The notes beneath the pieces are model-generated. The model was not told the origin of the DNA, made no database searches, and saw only the letters and a program-made list of their open reading frames with translations. The translations under genes were made by a program, and so were the position numbers. A stretch of DNA of 63,904 nt, filler included, from Platydemus manokwari (Eukaryota), in the NCBI GenBank assembly GCA_037951405.1. It is 5 parts of 5 records of this genome, joined end to end, with 100 filler letters (N's around TTAATTAATTAA, not from the genome) between each part and the next. Parts side by side here need not be neighbours in the genome. Positions count along the whole stretch, not along the records: positions 1 to 16,298 come from JBBMOY011191432.1; positions 16,399 to 26,877 come from JBBMOY011130774.1; 3 more parts are not named here. The stretch is one strand, 5' to 3'. Numbering within the stretch: the first letter of the stretch is position 1; each line of letters starts with the position of its first letter. Shown here piece by piece: positions 14,264 through 26,977 of the stretch.

Positions 14264-16298
14264 CTGGGAAAAACAATCAATAATAACATAAAATTATTTG
14301 TATTATTATTATTGGATGTCCTAATCCATAACAAGCATGTGAATTAGGATTTATAAAAAAGACAGAAACTTATCTAAAATAACATTGTGAATTATTATTA
14401 CATGATATGGAGTTCTTTGCGAACTTTCCAGAATTTTGATAATCACCTAGCATATAATTGTTTTATTTATAGGTGAAATATTATGAAAAATGAAAATCAT
14501 ACAATCGGTTTGAGTTATACATGGACAAAATATTATGACTTCTAACATCATGATATCAACTATTACTAATAATAATTATTATAAACCAATAATAATAATA
14601 GTGACGTTAATAATAATTAGTATTATTAATAGCTCTCGAATTATCATGTTAAACATTATCACGTGTAAGATATAAAATAGATAATTTAACAACAACTTTA
14701 AATTTAGCTCCACAAAAATTCCATCAAATGTGATCTGAATAGAAAAATTATTAAGAACAGAACCGATGGGCCAGAATGTATATGACCTAATTAGGACTTA
14801 AAACAACTCACAAAAATATCATAAATTGAATTGAGGTTGATCAATAAACATTCGTGACTATAAAAATAATCGATATCAAATGTTATATTTTTATTCTTTA
14901 CGACATTTTAGTTTGACTCTCTAGGATTTTATAGATTATTATAATACAAATAAAATTAAATTAAATTAAAAATCAATCAAAAAATCCCGAATTTAAATAA
15001 AAATATGTTTAATTCTTACCAATTTTTTATAGAAAAGCAATTAGAGTTCAATAAATGCGTGTAGCGTTTGTTTTATTTATTGATTTAGATCGATACCACC
15101 CCTCTAACAAAACAAACAATAAAACTGGTATCGATACTATGATGGTGTTCAAAATATAATTTCATTCATATTATATTATTTTGTGATTTATATAACTAAA
15201 TTAAGCTTTTCGAGAACAAAAATTGAGAACACAAATCAAATCCAATTGAAAAAGATTGAAAATATTGTTTTAACAGACCTATTAATGACATGAAATGTTA
15301 AATAAATAAATAATCACGAAACATATTTATTCTATAACTAATCACACCCATGGAGATATTGATTAACATTGGTTTATTCTTTCATTTATTTGTGGCTTAC
15401 AAAATTATTTTTCCTTGAAAATAAAACTAAGAAATCCCAGTTTGAATAATTATTTTGTTTCCATTCTCTAATATTCAAAGCTCCGTGAAAGCAATTAAAT
15501 TCCACAAACAGTGTTTTATGTCAATTTCCATTACATAAAAATGACTACGGGAATGAAATCATTAAATAAAATGGATCTCATTTTAAAAATGAATAAATTC
15601 TCAAAACTGTTTTTTCTCTGGCAAAATTGGGGATTCTTTCAATTTATGAATGATTGGAGAATATATTGAATAGTAAAACAGATCAGTATTGTTTCATTAA
15701 AATAAACCTTGAACATGTCAAAGATATTGTGGAATATCAGAACATTTCAAAAAAGCACGATACTGAATTTGGTTTTAATATTGATTTAAAGAAACGTGAT
15801 AAGCTTGACCATTTATTAAAATGGATTGTAAAAGATGACATGTTAAAATTGACCCCACCTTTAGCCGAATTACGGTAAAATTTGTGCAGAAAAACTAATC
15901 AAGACAGATGTAGTTGAAAACTGTTTTAATTTTTGGAAAATTTTGTAAATATAATTTTTATATTTAATAATAATATAATTAAAACACGGAATTCAATAAT
16001 TTGAATTTTATTGATTAAATTTTTAGAATTTTTTAATAATTTCTTTTGGTATTTTTTGTTCAGCAAATATTCAAAGCATTTTATAAATGGATCACGGATT
16101 GAATCGGCTGAATATAATTATCATCAGCTATATATAAATGCCATTGTCTTTCTTATCGATTTTCTGAAATCAATTTGAAACAGATATTCTCAGACATATA
16201 TTTGTTATGATATCGGTGATATTTTTTAATAATATTAAGAGAAACCTAGTATAAAAAATAAACGTGAAATAGAATACAAATAAATAAATCGATGAAAA

Positions 16299-16398
16299 NN
16301 NNNNNNNNNNNNNNNNNNNNNNNNNNNNNNNNNNNNNNNNNNTTAATTAATTAANNNNNNNNNNNNNNNNNNNNNNNNNNNNNNNNNNNNNNNNNNNN
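16299..16398. other. Assembly spacer N44-TTAATTAATTAA-N44
   Basis: A 100-nt linker with stop codons in all six frames. Confidence 0.97.
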
Positions 16399-19300
16399 AA
16401 GCAACAAATATTGACAATTTTTATTAAAATAAAACCAACAATTCAAAAATTATTAATTGAGATACAACAAAATTTGTAGATTCCTCGCCATTGAAGAAAT
16501 ACCTTGCCACAGAAATGTATTTCCAGTCTTAAGTGTAGTCATAAAAATTCTCGAGGAATGTTTTGAAAGTACCAAATATAGTAGCGGGCATCGAATACAT
16601 GGTTATTGATTGTTAGAGTTGAATTTTGGTTTTTAATCTAAAATTGAATTTTATGTAAAAATTTAATTAAAATATGATTAAAAATAAATTTTAATATCAA
16701 ACAACTCTCGAAAAGTCATTACTTTAAAATTGGGTCAAAGGACCCTTTTTCTTAACTTAAGCCCAAAATTATAATATTTTAAGCACTCAGAATTAGAATA
16801 TTTTTAAATAATATATATTCAAAATTATTAAAACTCGTTTGGTTTAAATTTATTTAGATTTTAATTTTCCTCACATCTGAACGAGGTAGCGGAAGCCAAG
16901 TTAACATTAAAAAATATTAATAATAACATCAACTTATAAAAATTCGTGAAATGGTAACCCAGACTACCAAGTGAAACTCTGTTTCCAAAGTATAGGCTTC
17001 CATTCAAAATAAGAACTATATACAAAAATATAAAAGAAAATTTGAAGACAATTTACGTTCATCAAAACACAAACAAATTTATGGCCAAGATTAAATTAAA
17101 CATTATAAATGACATGACCAATGGAAAGGATCATGGAGCAGTAACCAATCCTTTTAGCAATCAATTCTAGAGAATATTTTTTTGAACCCAATCAAAATGA
17201 AAATTTGAGAGGAGATTCAACCAAACACATCAAGTCATTTTTTATTGTGTTAAAATTATAAAAATCCAAAAATTAATTTAACTCGTTAATTTATCGGACG
17301 AAATTTTTTATTTTCTATTCTTTACTTTAATTTAATTTTCTAGAGGTACATTACTCTCTTAATTCCAATTCAAATAACTGATAAATAAATAGGCTAAGCT
17401 TCAATAAATTATAAAATTGTTATGATTTCGTTTAATGATACAGTCCTTAGTAAACAATAAAATTAATTATAGCATTATGAATTTGGTTTTTGGACAAAAG
17501 ACCATTATAATACAATCTCCCGTTTTTGCATATCCTAAGAATTAAAAAAAACTTTGATACTAATTACTGACTTTATTTAGCTTCATTCTAGTGTAGGGTT
17601 TTAAGGCTATTGATAAAATTTAAAGCTACAAGGCTCAGACAATAATTATATGTATTAATGTATGATATTTTATTAGGTGTATGGAATTATTTCTTGCTTG
17701 GAAAGATATTGAACATTTATGATTGAGCTTTATAATTGACAGTAAAATGTAACATAAATTATACCCCAAATACTTACTCCTATAATTAATAAAAAACCAG
17801 TATTAATTATTACAAATTAAACCCGTTAAATTTACCGTATAATAAATCCACCAATTAAAACAATATTCCCTGTGAATTTATTAGTTATCGCACTTAATAA
17901 ATTATAGCTGACGATAAAATAATCGTGCAGAATAAATTATCGCCGACGGCAAATAAAATAATCAACCAGAATAAAATAAATAGCTATACATTTCATCACA
18001 GAAAACTTCTCTGCTGTAGTGGAATTAATAGCAGGGAATTTCTCCTTGCCACAATAAAATGCACGGCATTGAATAAAAATTCGTAGAGAACATCTAAGAA
18101 TGACTCATCGGTGCTTATATAAGGCAGTGATCGTAATCATTACAGCCACAATTGTTATATAAGAATAACCAAAACGTGACATACGATTTAGAAGATCATT
18201 CTCCACCGGGATTAGGATTAGGACATGATCAGTTTATCACTGGAAGAATCAACGGTAAGATACTACATTTTAAAATTACATATTAGAATATCGATTATTC
18301 TTCCTATTTATAGAGTGAAGTCTCAAAAATATCATGAAAAGACATGTCCCCAATATCACGAAGGGCATGTTGGTCTTCAATATGCTACACTGAAATGTAC
18401 ATACTTTCACCGTTTAAGTGTATATAAATTTAAACAAAATCATTTTGTCTTGGTCACCTTCTTCATACTCTTTCAAAATTCTCTCGAAATCGGGTCACGT
18501 GACTATCAAAAATTCCAGTATCCATCTTGATGTTTTTGTTTAGCTTGTTGTGCTAATTTGTGTATATGCGGCTAGTATTATTAGGTAATCTGATCTGAAG
18601 GTAATTTTGTTACTCTCGAATCATTTCTCTAAATCCCCACCTTGTTATTGGAATTTTTAAAAACATATATCATGTACAAATCTATTAACTATATGAATGG
18701 AATTAGAAATGACTTCTTCCCCAGATATGCCATTCAAAACTTGTGGAATTTTATGATTTTTAATTAAGGCAGCGTTATGATGTGAGATAAACTTTGAAAG
18801 TTCAGATTGATTCTAGAGATAGTTATTTATCTACCATTGGTGAAGTCAATCTAGATGAGTAACTTTGATAACTTATATCTTATTGAATATTAAGATAAAC
18901 TGAGATTCATAAATAAATAAATAGATTGTCTTAATGATAGTGATCAGAAGTTGGAAAAAAATTGAATAAGCCAAAATTTGAAAACAATTAAAAACCGACT
19001 GGAATGAATTCCGCGGTTGACCTCGACACATGACTGACAATTGGATAAAACCCAATTACATGACATCACAGTATATTTTCCGGGATAAAATAATTTAACA
19101 TAAAAAATTAAAATTCCAACTTAAAGGTGACACACTCTGGATTATAACATAACAATATAAGAAATTGATTTGTGGACTGATTTTGTTGTCAGTATTACAA
19201 TAATTATTAAGAGATGAATTTTTTTTAAAACGATGGCAAAGTAAGAATTTGATTCAGTAGTTCTTGTATATAAAAATAATATTACATGTATCGCAAATGC

Positions 19301-21073
19301 TATAGATAATATTAAACCCATCAGCTAGGAATAATAAATGATAATTATGCCCCAAAAATGGAAGCTCATAAAGATAAAAACAATAATATTTAGAAGATAT
19401 TAGACACCGGAGAAAATCAGTAATCCGCAAAGAGTTGAAATGCCAGTACCAATATAAATGCTTAGCAATTTCGCTCAGGAAGACAGTAAAATAAAAGCGA
19501 AATAACACTGAGAATAGTTTCGATAGTAAATGGTGAAAATGTGAATTGGATAAAAGACTTATATTGATTATGACAAGCACATTAAATTAAAATAGTTCGT
19601 ATAGGCAATATAAGCTTGATTTTTTTTAATATTCGTGTTTATAATATCAATAAAATAATAACAATAAAGAGTTCTGTTGTCCGGAATCCGTTCTTGTTTT
19701 CTTTTTTCCTCGAATTCTTATGTAAATAGTTTGACTAAATTTGTGTGGCATTTAATTGTTTAATAATTTGTGTAACTTTTATTTGATTAAGCCTTGATTT
19801 ACATATTTCGGACTCACCTGTGTGTGATTAGCTTAATGATCTATTGAAATCCAACAATATCGATTGGTTTGTGAGGAAATTTCAAATTTTTCTTGAAGTT
19901 AAGTTGGGCTGCATTCACAACTTAAATGAATGTCGATAAAAATAATCGAAACTCCTCAAATCCAAATTAAAACCATGTAAAATAATTCAACAGATTTGAT
20001 AATATAATCAATAGAACGGGAGGGGGCTAGCATTAAACTTAAATTTAGAATAAGATAAATAGAAATATTATGTGTGTGTAATGTAGAACACGTTTACAGA
20101 CTTCAAATACTGTGACCTGCAGGGATATTGCCATCAATTAATATATTGAGGAGAACTATGTGGTGCCTGACAATAATCGAGAACTTTGTAAGAAACTATA
20201 TAATATGATTTTTGACATGTATATAAGCATGCTTCTCGACGAATAGTTTTGAAATAAATAAATTAAAATATAATTAATTTGAGTTTTCTTCTATTAGGTA
20301 CAGTTGATCACTTGGCTTTTATTTCGAAATTGTGGGTATTTGCATTCATTAATTAATATTTCTATTGGTCGGAATGTTTTAGAGAATTGTTATGCAACCT
20401 TTATATTTCTGAAAAACTTTCGAACGTTCCCATGACAACCTATAATGAAGGCAAGAAATCATGCGAAACTATGACTTTTATGGTAATTTATATTGCGAAT
20501 TTTGCCGTTAACTGCTATGATTAATCTGAATTATTATTGTGTTATTTATGGATTTTATTCGTATTTGATCTTATTTCCAAAAATATATATCTACGTTGTA
20601 TTCAACGTAATGGAAAATCGTATCCAGCTATAAAATTTGGAAGATTATTTTATTTGCGATGAATAGAATTTTTATTTTGTTGAGTAATAATCAGATGAGA
20701 TTGTTTAAATTACTATTTCCATCAACAAACAAAAAAACAATGCCCGTGATTAACTGAGATTACACTTGAGGAGTATATTTGTTTCAATTTAGCAAATTAG
20801 TTTCATGTTAGCAATGAAGCTTCGTCTGCTGGAATCCGAACCAAGTTTGAAAAATATCTGAAGTCATGAATCGATAATATTACTTGATCCACCAATAAAG
20901 ATTATTCTTCCTTATGTTTGATTCTGGTCGTTGATTTGCTGGCAAGAATTAATTGGACTAGCTCATGATAATTTAGGGACCAGACTGAATCAAACACTTT
21001 ACTCTTTCTGGTAATAATTTTCGACTGCGTAATTTAAATAATGTTGACATCTGACTAAGTAAAATTTGTAGTA

Positions 21074-21244
21074 CAGTCAAACCTGTTTTTGTGCGGTCTT
21101 TTTTTATGCGCTTTTTTTGTGCCTCTACCGCATAAAAAAAATTTCTTTAATATGCTGTGAAAAATTATTTCTTATAGCTATTTATGAAGTTTTTGAATAT
21201 TTTTTGTGCGGTTTTTTGTAACCGCACAAAAACAGGTTTGACTG
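21074..21244. mobile_element. 171-bp MITE, Tc1/mariner-pogo type
   Basis: Perfect 24-bp TIRs CAGTCAAACCTGTTTTTGTGCGGT (21074-21097 and 21221-21244), with TA on both flanks. The motif TTTTT(G/A)TGCG is reiterated internally. Confidence 0.93.
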
Positions 21245-21760
21245 TATAGCAACGCGACATTGAAAATATTGATAAAACGTCTATATGGGATCTATACCTG
21301 GACCAAAAATTTGTCATTCAGAAAAAATACAAAACACAACTGAGGCATAGAACAACCCGAATTGATGAAGTCCGTGCTGAAAATATAGAGAAGGACCCAA
21401 ATTCACATTTTATATTTCTTTATTTTCAACCATAAGAAATTTCATGAAGTTGATTGCTCTGCTCCAGCCAATGAGGTGATTGTCCGAAGAAATGTGACAT
21501 ATAACATCAGACACCTTATGTCACAGTTTTATTTTAATGTAGTTTCGTTAAATAAAAGTGTATGTCATGGGAGTGCCATCAATATGCACTGAGGCAATTT
21601 AAATAAAATATTTTTGATCAACAAATTTTGTTTACATTTACGCAATAAGTCTGGAAGGGTTAAGTAAATATTTATCATTCATATTGCGTAACAAATAATT
21701 AATTGATTTCGTATATTACATTTATTAGCGTTAAAAACAAATTACACAAAAAATAAATTA

Positions 21761-22731
21761 TCAAATAAGATCATTCAGTATAGTATCGAGAAGGTTGTAT
21801 GTTTCTTCTGAGGTGAGCTGGGCCATATTTTCATATGGTACTGAATTGTTATTCAAATCAGCAGGTGGTAAGGAGAGTTTGGTATCATTTGTTTCAGAAA
21901 AGAATGTTTTAATGAATACTTTTTTCGGTTTAGAGGATACATATTTTTTTATCTTAAAATCTTTTACAATATCCGTTATCTTTGCAGCAACTTCTTCCGC
22001 TTCTGGAATTGTAAGAGCTAATAAGGCAGAATTATCATTTAAGGTTTTAAAATTGCATATTGGAAACTAACAATGAACGACAACTTTTCCACTCTTCGTA
22101 CATTTAGCCATGGTTCGGTATACATTGTATTTTAATCCTCTGGCTTTTGGATTGGGATAGTAATAAAGAAATTGATCTAATTCTGGCTCATAGCTTTTGA
22201 TTGATTACACTCAATAATAGGAAAATTATCGATATAATTACTTACACAAATTTTATGGTGTCCGAATTATAGATTTCTTGAAGATTGATTTCGTAGTTCA
22301 ATTTGAATGATGTGAGAATATTAACGATTTTGAAATTGCAGAATCTGACGTTGGGTTCGATTTTCTTCAACCTTGAAGCAATGATTTTCGCACCTCTCTT
22401 CGTGCTTTCTATACTAAAATTTAGGTTTAATGAAAGACTTTCGTAGTAGAATCGTTTACCTAGTTCCTCCAAGGATTGTCATTTTACCACTACTCCAAAT
22501 TTGAGCTCGAGTAATTTTTGGATTTCTAAGTTCAGTTCTTAAAAGCTGACAAAGGAAAATTCATAATATCATTTGAAACAAGCGAAAATTGAGAAAAATT
22601 ACGTTTTCATAGCAATTATAATATGTATCTATTGAATTTTGAGCGATTTTTTCCAGATTTAAATGACATCTCAGACTAACGACAGCACAGACATTGCAAA
22701 TTTGAAGTTTGATTTTTTCAGGTTCTTCCAT
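21761..22731 (-). CDS. TBPL1: Divergent TBP-like factor (TRF2/TLF/TBPL1 family), 253 aa, complete
   Basis: Exons 22731-22603, 22545-22460, 22413-22246, 22193-22072 and 22017-21761 give 762 nt in frame from ATG to TGA, with GT-AG introns of 57, 46, 52 and 54 nt. The protein has TRF2 signatures RCHLNLEKIA, LRNPKITRAQIWSSGKMTILGGTS, GAKIIASRLKK, FCNFKIVNIL and YEPEL. Confidence 0.88.
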
Positions 22732-25700
22732 TTAATTTATGATTGAAAAAGAATTTTTTAACGATTTTTTCAAACACGTTTCAAAGAAAAAAAATATTTA
22801 ACTAAACAAATACGATAAAATTAATCAATATTTTGAGAATTTTAATTAAATTAAAATAAATTTTTTCTTTAATTAAAAAATATTTTTAATTACTTTAAGG
22901 TTAAAAAAAGTCTTTTAAATAAAATAATTATAAATAAATTGTAAATTTATAAAATCTTATATTAACTTTGTTATAATTACGACACCAAACCTAAATAAAC
23001 TTTGACATATTGATTAATAATTTTAATGTTTTTTCATTATATTACTTAAAATTATAATTTATTATAGTTTGTAGTACTTAAAGTATTTCTTAACTCACTT
23101 TTTATTGAATCTTATTCAATTGTTTTGTTGTTTCGGATTTACAAATTTTTCATTAAACCAAAATTCAAAACATCTACCTTTATTTAAATTTAGAGCTAAC
23201 TTATTATTTTTAAAAAATTTGGAATTTGTATTTGTAAAGGTTTTAATTATAAAACTTTTCAAGTTAAAATGGTGAATGGCAAAAGATTAATTAAGATTTA
23301 TAAAAAAAATTTCGAAACGACACAGAGTACAACGAATGTCGAATAGTGTATATTATAACAATAGATTTGAAAATGCCAGATTGTCAATATCGAACTAATC
23401 AACATTATTGCGATTAGTTCCGGAATTCTAACTGTTGTTCAACATGGTTGATAATACCGGTTAATATGATAAGAACATCTCTAGTTATGAATATTAAAAT
23501 AAATTTTGTATAATATTAGAAAACAACTCGACATAGTGATGGGAACCGTGAATTATAAATCTGGTTACTAATTTAAACAAACCAACAATACATAGATACC
23601 TGATGGTTCCACCAATATTCGGCTCTTAACAGATTAATAGATTCCACGTATATGATCACAGTAAACGAGATAAAATAATATATTCAATATAATATAAATT
23701 AATAAATGTGTAATGCATGAAGGTTAGACAGATAAAAAGTGTAGTGACTGGAAGGTGTTTAGTTGTCACCGGAGGGAACTACAAGCCACCTTTCTGCCAC
23801 AAAAACTATGAAAATGATTTTGAAATATATTGATTCAACAACAATTTGTAGGCGATTCTTTATTGCTTGTAATTAATCTTCCTGCAGAAGTTGATGTAAG
23901 ATTGAAAACGACGAGTGAAAAGTAAATTATCATATAGAAATTTGAGAAGCAATTAAAAGATTGAAAATCGGCAATGAAGTTTGCAACGTATGTGATGAAG
24001 TATCACAAAATTAACTCTTCTTATATACTATTTTACTTGTTAATTTTTAATGTGTGGTCATGGTGATTTATAGTGTTGCCATGACGACTTGCATTTAAAT
24101 TTAAAAACACTGTCTATGCGTACGATTGTCGTGGCAACATGATGAATAATATGATCAAATCTGATTTTTAAGAATTTTATTAATCTTATTATTAACATCC
24201 TTAATATGATTATTATTATATTATTATCCCTTATGACACCGGTTATAGTAAAAATATGTTTTTGAATAATATCTACTTAACAATTCCAAAATCATGTGAA
24301 TAAAAATAGGTTAAACGACAGTCACTTCAAGTTACGTCACGGCTCACAAAAATACTATAAATAATATTGGCATACATTTCAAAAGCTTAATTGATCAAAT
24401 TCGAATAATATCAATACGAATTCTTTTACAAGATGAAAATGAGAACAAATTCACCAAAATCTAATTTCATTGTCTTGAAGTAAACTAAAAATCGATCCAA
24501 ATAATCATATTTACTTCCCAAAAACTTTTTTTTGTAATTAAAGAGATTTATTTAATCAGATTACCAATCGGAATCGTCATTATAAATTTTTTCAAAAATT
24601 TTATAAATAATAAAGTATAAATTGATAAAAATACCATAAAAAATTTGTTAGACCTTATTCTAGCATTAAATTCAAAAATAAAAACTGTCACAGCTGTGTA
24701 GTTGTGCTTATGGAACAATCTATAAATCCAATGTGTATTTTATCGATAGGCCACTTTGGTAGACCTTTCTATTGGACAGTATCGAACAAGTTTTAGAAGT
24801 CACCAATGCATAAATCGATTTCCGGTAGATTTGAACTTGTATCGATAGGATTCAAATGATATCGTCAATGTAATGACAAAAATAGAACCCAGTTTAAATT
24901 TGAAAATCAATAGCTACAAAATCATAATATAAAACCACACATGAAAATAATTCAGAAAATAGCCAAACATTTATTGCAAAGGAAAAAATCTTCAAGTCAA
25001 CATTTTTCTTTCGTAATAATTTTTACATATTTTGAAAAAATAATATAAAATTCAATAATAATTATCGAGGATTAGATAATAACGGAACATAAGAGCCAAT
25101 GCAATCATTATAAATAGAAGTAAAACCGTGCGTAAAAACAATAAATCATATTTCGAGTTACAAATACAGCTAAAATTATGAATGAAATGTAAGAAATTCA
25201 ACAACAAGAAAAGAAAGGTCTTTTCGGAAAATAAGTATCGAAATCGGGACTACCGGTGTTATCTGATACATTTTTTCTGATATTATCATTTCTTCTGATG
25301 GTGACGACCGCCAAATTAACGAGTTGGTATGGGCTGAATTTATTTTGAAGTGCAGTTGTCAGATTGAAGATCTATTCACAGATTATTCACATATATCGAA
25401 TATTTAACAAACAACCTGTCCACGAACTACAGCCATCTGATTCCTAAATGTCGATTTCTTGAAATCTTTGTCGAGCTAGACCAAAAGAGAAGAAAACTCA
25501 ATAAATCAATCAGTTGTAAAATTTATTCAAATTGTGTTTTTTACTAAATTAATAACATATTGATTATATTAGTTTAATAATTTCATGAACCTGGTGGGCC
25601 ACAAAAATTAGGATTGTTATATTTCAAATGCCAATGTCTTTTCAAGCATTGTAATCATCATTTTATATTTACAGGAAATATTTTGTCAATAAAGGGAAAC

Positions 25701-25885
25701 CAAAATGTTATGGAACAAATATTTTCCTTGTGCATTTTATCGATTATTTCTTTTCAATGCAAGTGCTTCAATTATATTTTTTCTAGTAGGCTGCAAAAAC
25801 AGGACCGAGAAACAAATACACGTACAATTACTTTGCAGTATTAGTATGCTATTGTGAGAAGAATTCGTCTTCATTCGTTTAGTCG

Positions 25886-25929
<44 letters not shown>

Positions 25930-26777
25930 AAAAAGCAGATTTATTACAAAAGACTGAGGATGTTTCTGAATCTCAATAGGTCTGGTAATCGAGGATATTT
26001 ATATTTAAAACTCAAGGTAACCTATATTTAAATTATAATAATAGCACTATTTGAATGAAACTATCGATCTACCTATTCACTGCTATGCTTAATAGAGAAA
26101 TTCTAAAACAAGATATAAATTAAGCTTGGAAAACACTCAATATCGTCTATTCGAGTTAAACGATAAAATATTGATCGAACTCTATGGAACATTATTTTTA
26201 CAATAGTCACAAAAATATGATTGATAAAGATTCGACAAGAATAAATCAATATTAGCACATATTTTTAAAAGAAAAATCATATTCTTATCACAATATTTGA
26301 AGTGTTCATTTATTTAAACTTAATCAAATGTCATGTATATTAAATATTGATTCTAACTGGTAACGATCATTTGTCTAACTTTTCGATTTTGTTTTAATTC
26401 CCTCATTTTTGTTACTTATGTGAGACTTATTGACGAATTCTTCATTCACACTTTCATTGACAGAGATCAATTTCTTAAATTCTCTAATCTTATGTTTTGG
26501 CACCATTTTTGTTTTCATAACATTCTTTTAGAAATTTTTCGATAATGTGTTATTTAGTCGAAGGTTAAAATATTCTTAACCAATGAATCATATATGATTC
26601 AGCACATGTGAACTCACACAACTGTGCCTCAAATGCTCAGTTTTCTACAGCTCCCGAATAATAGCTAAACATCGGATTTCTGCATATAGGAAATTAAATG
26701 GTCTTATAATATAGTTTATATTCGTTGAATTACATTTGTTTTATGAACAATGAACAAATTAGTTTATTTGTGATATA

Positions 26778-26877
26778 TTAGGTTGGTGCAAAAATAATGA
26801 CCTTTTTTAAATTGGCTTTTCATTTTTAAATATTAAATTGAAGATCTTATGAAAATTATTCATATAATATATCATTT
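26778..26877 (+). mobile_element. Mariner-type TIR and element end, truncated by a gap
   Basis: TA followed by TTAGGTTGGTGCAAAAATAATGAC, matching the TTAGGTTGGTGCAAAA terminus of Hsmar1/cecropia-type mariners. Confidence 0.7.
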
Positions 26878-26977
26878 NNNNNNNNNNNNNNNNNNNNNNN
26901 NNNNNNNNNNNNNNNNNNNNNTTAATTAATTAANNNNNNNNNNNNNNNNNNNNNNNNNNNNNNNNNNNNNNNNNNNN
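26878..26977. other. Assembly spacer
   Basis: N44-TTAATTAATTAA-N44. Confidence 0.97.

Noticed and set aside
15654-15878. 74-aa ORF with coding-like composition
   Set aside because: It has a non-ATG start, no recognisable motif and no convincing splice partners.
16500-19600. Scattered retroelement-like fragments (for example ILDTG near 19392)
   Set aside because: These are isolated short motifs without colinear support, and boundaries cannot be defined.
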